This document shows, one piece after another, positions 18,986 through 26,162 of a stretch of 53,655 nt of DNA (its first letter is position 1; each line of letters begins with the position of its first letter). Made by a program: the position numbers and the translations under genes. The stretch covers positions 1 through 53,655 of the IMG/VR virus record IMGVR_UViG_3300002855_000208, one strand, 5' to 3'. Under the pieces are notes generated by a model. It searched no databases and was not told where the DNA came from. It worked only from the letters and a program-made list of their open reading frames with translations. This stretch comes from a virus. Taxonomy: Duplodnaviria; Caudoviricetes.

Positions 18986-19195
18986 TTGGGAGTATGCGGC
19001 ATGCATGCAGGTAATCCAGTTACGATTTATCACCAGTGCATCGGATGCGAACTTGAGTGGTATCAGAAACGGGTCAAGGAACTCGAAGAAGAAAACAGTA
19101 TCTTAAAACGGCCGGAGGCCATCGAATCGACCGAATCACCCAGCGTAAGCGGCAGCCGTATAAGCCCTAAATACCCCAAGGAGGAAGAAATATAG
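18986..19195 (+). CDS. Hypothetical protein
   Basis: GAGGAGG RBS. Confidence 0.5.
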   Translation: MGVCGMHAGNPVTIYHQCIGCELEWYQKRVKELEEENSILKRPEAIESTESPSVSGSRISPKYPKEEEI

Positions 19196-19197
19196 AT

Positions 19198-19386
19198 ATG
19201 ATCATAGACGTAAAACCAGAACACATTGTCGGAAAGACTATTGTCGAGGCATTAATTACCGGCAATTCCATTGAACTGAAGTTTACTGATGGAACAGAGG
19301 CTGTCTTTAATCTGACGCAATTCGGGTACGATGGCGCTAGAATCGACAGTTCGTTTTGGCCTGTTCAACCCGAAGGAGGCCAATAG
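19198..19386 (+). CDS. Hypothetical protein
   Basis: AAGGAGG RBS. Confidence 0.6.
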   Translation: MIIDVKPEHIVGKTIVEALITGNSIELKFTDGTEAVFNLTQFGYDGARIDSSFWPVQPEGGQ

Positions 19387-19388
19387 AT

Positions 19389-19763
19389 ATGATCAACGAT
19401 AAGCCGGGACGGGATTTAGATTCGAAGATAGCGTTTAAGGTGTTCGGATATCCCGAACCATATGAGTCACCTTTCAACGGAGAATGGTGCATTAAGTTTC
19501 CTGAGGCGTGGAAAAAGGTTATACGTCTACCCCAATACTCCACCACATGGAACGGAATGCAATTAGTGGTGGAAGAGATGCAGCGGAGGGGATATTCGTA
19601 CAGATGTGGTTCGTATGAAACGGTAAGTAGTACGTGGAAACACTGGGCTAATTTTGAGGATGAATTGAAAGAATGCAATACGGTTGTGTCCGACACACTT
19701 CCCCATGCCGTCTGTAAGGCCGCACTAAAAGCCCTGGAGGATGATAATAGTGCTGACACGTGA
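19389..19763 (+). CDS. Phage ABA-sandwich domain protein
   Basis: PGRDLD...YST...LVVE...AVCKAAL. Confidence 0.75.
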   Translation: MINDKPGRDLDSKIAFKVFGYPEPYESPFNGEWCIKFPEAWKKVIRLPQYSTTWNGMQLVVEEMQRRGYSYRCGSYETVSSTWKHWANFEDELKECNTVVSDTLPHAVCKAALKALEDDNSADT

Positions 19764-20124
19764 ATCTATATTGGCAATGGAGCCCGGGAGAGAGTTGGAC
19801 GCGTTGGTTGCTGAGAAAGTGATGGATATTCCAATAATCTGGCGTGGCCCCTACGTCGCTGGAGGACCGCTAGGACTTGGGACACCGCATAAGTATTCCA
19901 CCGACATGTCCGCAGCGTGGGAAGTGGTGGAAAAGTTCGATAAGAACACATTCAATCTAAACTGGCTTGATGGATCAAATATTTACGGAATAGGTTGGCA
20001 TTGCAAACTTGGCAACGAACACGCACATAAATGTAGTACACCAACTGAAGCCATCTGCAAAGCAGCTCTATTAACCACTCTGGAGGATGATAGGGGAGAA
20101 AAAGAAAAAGCCCCGAAGGGCTAA
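19741..20124 (+). CDS. Phage ABA-sandwich domain protein (paralog)
   Basis: PGRELDALVAEKV...YSTDMSAAWEVVEK...AICKAAL. Confidence 0.8.
   Translation: MIIVLTRESILAMEPGRELDALVAEKVMDIPIIWRGPYVAGGPLGLGTPHKYSTDMSAAWEVVEKFDKNTFNLNWLDGSNIYGIGWHCKLGNEHAHKCSTPTEAICKAALLTTLEDDRGEKEKAPKG
20101..20123 (-). terminator. Intrinsic terminator of the moron
   Basis: Minus strand AGCCC-TTCG-GGGCT followed by TTTTCTTT. Confidence 0.7.
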
Positions 20125-20588
20125 TCATCTAAGTATGGTTGATGATACTTTTCTTCACCGGCCTTTCGAGCAGCGATCGCATCATCCTTGTTAGTGTACG
20201 AACCAAGCGAAATACTTTTTCCTTGAAAACCGATGTATGCTTTCCATCGTTGTTTACTTTCTTGCCACATAACACCTTTGTGACCGCTCTTGTTAGCCTT
20301 GTGAATCTTTGCCTTAAGCGCTGTCTTCCTGGTTCCGTCAACACGGTCGGAACTTATATGTGCCCTTACTCCGCGATCACGTTTGGAATTACGCTTACAA
20401 CCGCAACTCTTATAGGTTCCAGCGCGGAGTGATCCTCCAGGAACATATATTATTTTATCGCATGAACAAATGCATTCCCAAAGCAAAGTATTGTGTTCGT
20501 TGCGATGATCCGAAAGCTTGATGACCTTCAATTCATCAAATTGTTGTCCAGTAAGGTCGATACGACGAGAGTCAACACGCTTAACCAT
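20121..20588 (-). CDS. AP2-domain DNA-binding protein
   Basis: DLTGQQF, WECICSC, SCGC, NKSGHKGV...WKAYI...LG...AIAARK. Confidence 0.85.
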   Translation of the reverse strand: MVKRVDSRRIDLTGQQFDELKVIKLSDHRNEHNTLLWECICSCDKIIYVPGGSLRAGTYKSCGCKRNSKRDRGVRAHISSDRVDGTRKTALKAKIHKANKSGHKGVMWQESKQRWKAYIGFQGKSISLGSYTNKDDAIAARKAGEEKYHQPYLDD

Positions 20589-20757
20589 TATTTATCACCC
20601 AATACGGTTTTCCTAAATGATATCCACTAGGTTCAGGCACACGCCCCTCGTATGCGCGACCTTGTTGTTTGGCTCTCTCTTGAGCTTTAAGTGCTTGACT
20701 AATGTGCGCCCGGCTTACTCCAAGTTGTGAAGCAAGCTGGGCAGCGTTGAGGGGCAA
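20581..20757 (-). CDS. 58-aa HTH protein (Aca-like), not in ORF track
   Basis: TTG start; LNAAQLASQLGVSRAHISQAL; overlaps AP2 start. Confidence 0.7.
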   Translation of the reverse strand: MPLNAAQLASQLGVSRAHISQALKAQERAKQQGRAYEGRVPEPSGYHLGKPYWVINNG

Positions 20758-20759
20758 AA

Positions 20760-20930
20760 TTACTTTTCCGAGTAGTCCATGCGGAAGTCGTTGTAGTCAA
20801 TATCGTCGAAGCCATTTTCAGATACAAACTCTTCTTCGTTAAAACCGATAAGTTCGAGTGCTTCGCCGATCGTTAAACTTCTGTTTGTAACGACTTCGCC
20901 AACTAGAATATCGTCATAGTACACTTGCAT
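20760..20930 (-). CDS. 56-aa highly acidic protein, anti-defence candidate
   Basis: AAAGGAG RBS before MQVYY; 15 D/E versus 3 K/R. Confidence 0.7.
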   Translation of the reverse strand: MQVYYDDILVGEVVTNRSLTIGEALELIGFNEEEFVSENGFDDIDYNDFRMDYSEK

Positions 20931-20987
20931 TTGGATCGTCTCCTTTGTGACCGTCGCCATGTTGCGACCGCATCAACCTTATGACTT

Positions 20988-21019
20988 AATAATACACCAT
21001 GTATTAACAAATGTTAATA
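20988..21019 (-). promoter_or_regulatory. Moron promoter with palindromic operators
   Basis: TTAACA-17 bp-TATTAT; inverted repeats TATTAACA-aa-TGTTAATA (21002-21019) and AATACA-cca-TGTATT (20991-21005). Confidence 0.7.
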
Positions 21020-21053
21020 GGACTATAGAACTATATTTGGAGGATGATAGGGA

Positions 21054-21218
21054 ATGAGAGAGATCGATCTAAACAAACGTCTTATCGCTCAAGAAAAAGG
21101 CGGAGAACCCATAGAGATAGACGGTTACAAGCTTATTGAACCGGATGGAGTAATGATCTATATGGGACAACGAACATTAATCCTTCCGAAATCAGACGTT
21201 AAGATCACCCAACAATAG
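21054..21218 (+). CDS. 54-aa protein, not in ORF track
   Basis: GGAGG RBS; MREIDLNKRLIAQEKGGEPIEIDGY... Confidence 0.55.
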   Translation: MREIDLNKRLIAQEKGGEPIEIDGYKLIEPDGVMIYMGQRTLILPKSDVKITQQ

Positions 21219-21258
21219 CAAAAACCCCCGATCCTGAGCTGGGGAGCCGGTCGGGGGT

Positions 21259-21272
21259 AGAACGTAAGTTCC
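21259..21272. promoter_or_regulatory. LexA box upstream of late regulator
   Basis: AGAACGTAAGTTCC. Confidence 0.7.
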
Positions 21273-21309
21273 TACACACCAATTATATCATAAAAGGGCG
21301 TGGGGGAGC

Positions 21310-21690
21310 GTGGGTACATTGCAATTAGAACTTTATCCGAGTGCAACAGAGGCAGATAAGAAAATTGCAAAAGCGCTGCTTAAAAAGTATAGAAAGAATA
21401 AGAAAATCGTTGCAGAGTTTGAACGCAAAGGAACGGGCGGGCTTGCTAAAGACCAACTAAAGATATACAATACGGCAAAGAAGCAAGCCGAGTCCGTGGA
21501 AAGTGCCGTTAGATTGATACTCGATCCGGAGATCCGCGAGATGGTCGAGCACAAGTACATCAATGGCGAGCTACGCCGGCACAAAGACACGTTAATCAGA
21601 TTCAGCACTTGGGACCAGTCAACGGTTGGTCGAAAGCTCAATGAAGGCATCGAGTCTGTTGCGGAAAGTCTTATACTTTTTAACTACTAA
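21310..21690 (+). CDS. ArpU/RinA-like late transcriptional regulator
   Basis: Size, position before late genes, sigma region 4-like C-terminus (REMVEHKYI...STVGRKLNEGIESVAE). Confidence 0.7.
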   Translation: MGTLQLELYPSATEADKKIAKALLKKYRKNKKIVAEFERKGTGGLAKDQLKIYNTAKKQAESVESAVRLILDPEIREMVEHKYINGELRRHKDTLIRFSTWDQSTVGRKLNEGIESVAESLILFNY

Positions 21691-21695
21691 AACTT

Positions 21696-21721
21696 GCACA
21701 TAATTAGCACGTTTACGGCAC
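21696..21721 (+). promoter_or_regulatory. Phased activator boxes of putative late promoter
   Basis: GCAC at 21696, 21707, 21718, exact 11-bp period. Confidence 0.55.
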
Positions 21722-21750
21722 ACGATAAGAGAATAAACCACACGTTATAT

Positions 21751-22153
21751 AGGGATACAGTAGAGTCAAATAGGGCAGACGCCCGGGCGACTCCGCTGTA
21801 TCCCTTATTACTTTGCGGACCCGGCCATGCGGTGGGAGAGTGTGCGGTCTCTCCTTAGGCGCCACCGATAAGGTGATCAGTCGCCGAGCGTGTGGAGATG
21901 GGAATGGGGTTCGAAGCCCCAAGTTTATCTTTTCTTCTCTGCGCCGGATCCATCCGTATTGGAGAAGAGGTGATAATCCTCTAAAATAAACCCCTCGACC
22001 GGCACGGTATGTATAGTGACGCATCATATCGGCGGGAGGTGGTCTATGAATGGAAGTCGAAGCGGTGAGCCTGCCGCAGAGAGCGGAAGCACATATTATA
22101 GGCAGCGGCTACAAACCGCAAAGCAGGATGGCTTAACGGCCATCCTTATTTTT
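21751..22153 (+). ncRNA. Candidate large structured non-coding RNA or late leader
   Basis: Many nested stems, no convincing ORF, ends in an intrinsic terminator. Confidence 0.5.
22125..22153 (+). terminator. Intrinsic terminator
   Basis: AGGATGGC-TTAACG-GCCATCCT followed by TATTTTT. Confidence 0.7.
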
Positions 22154-22173
22154 ATATTAGGAGGTGGCCCGCC

Positions 22174-22362
22174 GTGGTACAGGGAAAGAAGCTGCGTCGT
22201 AAGGGCGGGCTTAACCTTTATCGAGACCGTAAAATGATATTTCCGGAACTTCCGCCAGAGAAATGCATCGGCTGTCCATATGGACAGTGGAGAGATATAG
22301 TACATTACTGCCCGTGGATTACCTGTCCGAAGGAGGCCAATCATGTTAAAGCGGCTAAATAG
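22174..22362 (+). CDS. Small Cys-rich protein
   Basis: AGGAGG RBS; CIGC...CPWITC. Confidence 0.6.
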   Translation: MVQGKKLRRKGGLNLYRDRKMIFPELPPEKCIGCPYGQWRDIVHYCPWITCPKEANHVKAAK

Positions 22363-22437
22363 TTGGGTAATTCGTAAACTTACGCCATTCGCTGGCCAAA
22401 TGCCGCGGAATCGGAAGGAACGGAGAGTGAGGGGGAA

Positions 22438-22821
22438 ATGATTCATCAGTTCCAACCTCCGGGTTCTAGTTTATGCGGACAAACTTGTGTGGCAATGATT
22501 GCAGGGATTTCACTGGAAGAATCCATCCAAGCATTTGACGGCAAGAAAGGCGGAACAAGGACTCGAGACGTCGTTTCCGCCCTTAGAAAACTCGGGTTCA
22601 GGACACCTGATCGCTTGATTCGCTTTGATGGAGATTGCTTTCCGTCTGACACTGTAATAGTAAAACTTCACTTTTCAGATTCAAAAGATACGCATTGGAC
22701 GCTTTGGCATGAAGGGAGATTCTTCGATCCTTCTAGATACGGTCATGGGACGCTGAATGAAGCGAGAAACATGTACCCAGACGGTGTTCGGATAACATCT
22801 TATCTCCCGATCTATAACTAA
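22438..22821 (+). CDS. Stand-alone C39-like cysteine peptidase
   Basis: Q-x5-CGQTCVAM, GT, HW, FDP papain-like motifs. Confidence 0.75.
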   Translation: MIHQFQPPGSSLCGQTCVAMIAGISLEESIQAFDGKKGGTRTRDVVSALRKLGFRTPDRLIRFDGDCFPSDTVIVKLHFSDSKDTHWTLWHEGRFFDPSRYGHGTLNEARNMYPDGVRITSYLPIYN

Positions 22822-22935
22822 GGGTGTCTCTTCCTCATGTTTTATACGATCGGCCCCTCGGGAAGAGGCTTCGACAAATAAAGAGGGGAATCCTTCCTTT
22901 CGTCGAATTTATGTTGTAAGGAGAGGGGGGATAAA

Positions 22936-23268
22936 GTGAGAGATCCAATGTTGTCCGAGTTGAGAACGTGGCGAAGTGAACTTGATGGAGAATTAAGAAG
23001 TTTAGAAAACAAGTTGTCTCAAGAACGAGAGAATAAAGAACGACTTGAATTGAGAGACAGAATTCTTAACAAAGTTATCCGGGGATATAGTCGCAATGAA
23101 GAAATAGTAGAAAACTTACATGAACAACAAAGAAATGTAAAAGACAGGATAGCGGAAACAAATAACCTTATTCAAACGCTAAAAGTAGAATACGAAATAA
23201 GGTCAACGATTTTGACTCCGTTGTTGGAAGAAATACAAAATGAAATTGATAGGTATGAAGAGGATTAG
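22936..23268 (+). CDS. Coiled-coil moron protein
   Basis: AT-rich; own RBS; followed by terminator near 23267-23292. Confidence 0.6.
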   Translation: MRDPMLSELRTWRSELDGELRSLENKLSQERENKERLELRDRILNKVIRGYSRNEEIVENLHEQQRNVKDRIAETNNLIQTLKVEYEIRSTILTPLLEEIQNEIDRYEED

Positions 23269-23310
23269 CGCCAAATAGGCGCTTTTTCTTTTGCCAAAAT
23301 TGATAGCGAG

Positions 23311-23880
23311 GTGGTGGTAATGAAGTTCGTTCAACCGATCAGAGACCCGAGAAAGGTCGAGGCGATCAAGGATTTTCTATTAATGCGTAATGAGAGAGAT
23401 TTCGTGATGTTCGTCCTCGGGATTAATACCGGGCTTCGTATTTCAGATATCCTTCCTCTTCGCGTGATTGATGTTAAAGGGATATACATTGATATTTACG
23501 AAGAAAAGACAGGAAAGCATCAGCTCATTAAAATTAATACAGTTCTTCGTAAGGTTCTTGACGCTTATATCAAAGGGAAGTCCGATTATGAATATTTATT
23601 CAAGAGTCGGAATAAGAAGCACAAAACTGGAAAAATCAACGAACCAATCAGTTCGAGCATGGCATATAAGATTCTAAGCGGAGCTGCAAAACACTTCGGC
23701 TTAACGAGTATCGGGACGCATTCCATGAGGAAAACGTTCGGGTACTTTTTTCATATGAGGGAGAAGGACATAACGTTACTAATGGACCACTTCAACCACG
23801 ATGAAGAATCGATCACATTACGCTATATCGGCATTAAACAAGACACCTTAGACGAGGCGATTGACCGTCATGGACTATGA
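23311..23880 (+). CDS. Catalytic-domain-only tyrosine recombinase
   Basis: GLRISD, EKTGK, HSMRKT, NH, LRYIG. Confidence 0.92.
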   Translation: MVVMKFVQPIRDPRKVEAIKDFLLMRNERDFVMFVLGINTGLRISDILPLRVIDVKGIYIDIYEEKTGKHQLIKINTVLRKVLDAYIKGKSDYEYLFKSRNKKHKTGKINEPISSSMAYKILSGAAKHFGLTSIGTHSMRKTFGYFFHMREKDITLLMDHFNHDEESITLRYIGIKQDTLDEAIDRHGL

Positions 23881-24134
23881 TTAATTACCTTAAATCAGGT
23901 TCATAGAGAATTCATCTGAGGGCGAATGGTTAAAACCTTAGAACGATCAGTTAAAAACGAAGGAAAATGAATTCCATACAATATGTAATAAGAATAATCC
24001 TAGAGCCAGTTTTTAGGAGAAAACTAAGAAAAAAATAAGAAGCTGTCTCGGTCATTTGGGAGATAACCCGGCGTCGTAGGTACGCAAACGTCAAAACAGA
24101 CTCAATTCGGTCGGAGGTGGGGGTTGATGGACTG

Positions 24135-24887
24135 ATGTCGAAAGAGCAAAGCCCCATTCAGAAGAAGGCATTCAAACTATGGTGTGAACTCGGTAGACCT
24201 CGCAGTTCTAAGGAAATTGCCGAGAAATTGGATGTATCTCAAGAGCTCGTTCGGAAGTGGAAAAACTATTACAAGTGGACGACGCTTCCAGATCCCAAGC
24301 CGGGGGCGCCAAGAGGAAACAGAAACGCTAAGGGTAATAAAGGTGGGAATGGCGCACCGTTAGGAAATGATCGAGCCGTCAGGCATGGTCTCTTTCGGAA
24401 AATACTCCCGGACGACCAAGAAACAAGAGAAATCTTCGATGCTACTGAGGAAATGTCGGCGCTAGACATGCTTTGGTATCAAATCCGAATAGCATGGACG
24501 AACATCATGCGCTCCCAGAAGATTCAATTCGTCAAGGATAAAGACGACATGACGAAGGAAATCAAGAAAACTAAGGAAATCGACGCAGGTGGTTTCAGTA
24601 CGCTAGAGACGGATTTTGAAATCCAATTCGCTTGGGATAAGCAAGGTGTCGCTCTAACAACACAGGCAGCTGCTATGACGGCCGTTACGAGGATGCTCAA
24701 GCAATACGACGATATGTTACGAGCGCTTCCGCCTGAAGATGTTAAAGAAGAGCAACGTCAGCGTTTTGAACTGCTTAAGGCTCAGGTCGAGAAGACAAAG
24801 AACGAAGCTAAACTTGCTGGGAAAGGTCAGAATAAAGAACCTCTCCGCATCGAAATCGACTACGGCCACGAGGATAACGAGTCATGA
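24135..24887 (+). CDS. Terminase small subunit
   Basis: N-terminal HTH (VRKWK), GAPRGNRNA/GAPLGN, HGLF; precedes TerL. Confidence 0.88.
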   Translation: MSKEQSPIQKKAFKLWCELGRPRSSKEIAEKLDVSQELVRKWKNYYKWTTLPDPKPGAPRGNRNAKGNKGGNGAPLGNDRAVRHGLFRKILPDDQETREIFDATEEMSALDMLWYQIRIAWTNIMRSQKIQFVKDKDDMTKEIKKTKEIDAGGFSTLETDFEIQFAWDKQGVALTTQAAAMTAVTRMLKQYDDMLRALPPEDVKEEQRQRFELLKAQVEKTKNEAKLAGKGQNKEPLRIEIDYGHEDNES

Positions 24888-26146
24888 GCGCGGCGGTGAA
24901 AGTGCAGTTCAACCGTCATTTCATGTGGGTCAATCGCTCGCATCATCGTTACCGGGCATTGCGTGGAAGCGCGGGATCGGGAAAGTCAGTAAACATCGCT
25001 CAGGATTTCATCTTAAAGCTTGGCGATCCGAAGTATGCCGGCGCCAACCTATTGTGCGTTCGGAAGGTCAACGAGACTAACCGTAACAGCACATTCGCTG
25101 AGCTTACTGGCGCTATCAACCGTATATATGGCGAACGAGTCGATGACTATTGGGAGATTCTTCGTTCTCCGCTGACGATCCGCAGCAAGGTAACGGGCAA
25201 CGAGGTTATATTCCGCGGCATGAACGACGTTCGGGACCGGGAAAAGGTCAAATCGATCAACTTCGCTCACGGTAAACTGGTTTGGATCTGGGTAGAGGAA
25301 GCGACTGAGCTGCAGGAATCAGACGTCGATATTCTCGATGACCGGTTGCGCGGCATACTGCTGAATCCGAACCTATACTATCAGATCACATTTACGTTCA
25401 ACCCGGTATCCGCCCAACACTGGATTAAGCGAAAGTACTTCGACTACGCTAGCCCGGACGTTCTGACGCATCATTCCACCTATCGCCAGAACCGATTCAT
25501 TGATCCGGCTTACTATCGTCGGATGGAACGCCGGAAGATTGAGGACCCGGAAGGTTATGCAATCTATGGCGAAGGCGAGTGGGGCGAGCTTGGCGGCCTG
25601 ATCTTCAAGAACTTCGTCATCCACGATTTCGATACATCGTTCGATATGTTCGACAGCATGCATCACGGGCAAGATTTCGGTTTCAACCATGCAAATGCGA
25701 TTCTCACCATTGGCGTTAAAGATGGTGAGTTTTTTATTTGCTCCGAAATCTATGTGCATGAACTGCCTACGGATCAGATCATTGAAATTGCGGACAGGCA
25801 AGGGCTGAGCAAGTACCTTGCGATGTATTGCGACTCCGCTGAGCCGGACCGCATTCAAATGTGGCAGAACGCCGGGTACAACGCTTCGGCGGTCGTCAAA
25901 GAGCCGGGCAGCGTGCAGGCGCAGATTGATTATCTGAAGCAACGGAAAATCCACATCCATCCTGATTGCGTCAATACGATCAAAGAGATCCAGCAATGGT
26001 CGTGGCGCAAGGACCCGAAGACGGGCTTATATTTGGACGAGCCTGTCGGCGTATTTGATGATGCTATGGCTGCGCTCCGTTACGCTGCTGAGCCGCTGAG
26101 ACGACCAGAGATGGTATACAGCAATCAACGTCCTGCGGGATGGTAA
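24884..26146 (+). CDS. Terminase large subunit (PBSX family)
   Basis: GSAGSGKS, WVEEA, TFNP, DFG, DDAMAALRY. Confidence 0.95.
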   Translation: MSAAVKVQFNRHFMWVNRSHHRYRALRGSAGSGKSVNIAQDFILKLGDPKYAGANLLCVRKVNETNRNSTFAELTGAINRIYGERVDDYWEILRSPLTIRSKVTGNEVIFRGMNDVRDREKVKSINFAHGKLVWIWVEEATELQESDVDILDDRLRGILLNPNLYYQITFTFNPVSAQHWIKRKYFDYASPDVLTHHSTYRQNRFIDPAYYRRMERRKIEDPEGYAIYGEGEWGELGGLIFKNFVIHDFDTSFDMFDSMHHGQDFGFNHANAILTIGVKDGEFFICSEIYVHELPTDQIIEIADRQGLSKYLAMYCDSAEPDRIQMWQNAGYNASAVVKEPGSVQAQIDYLKQRKIHIHPDCVNTIKEIQQWSWRKDPKTGLYLDEPVGVFDDAMAALRYAAEPLRRPEMVYSNQRPAGW

Positions 26147-26162
26147 GAAAGGAGAGAAACAC

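Larger units (their letters stand above)
20081..21052. repeat. 15-bp direct repeats flanking a reverse-strand moron
   Basis: TGGAGGATGATAGGG at 20081-20095 and 21038-21052. Confidence 0.85.

Noticed and set aside
21895-21925. tRNA suggested by GGTTCGAA T-loop
   Set aside because: No acceptor, D or anticodon arms at tRNA spacing; kept only as part of the larger RNA candidate
21713-22237. Listed ORFs 21713-22027 (-) and 22016-22237 (+)
   Set aside because: Atypical composition, and the plus ORF crosses a terminator; a short ORF after GGGAGG at 22046 cannot be fully excluded
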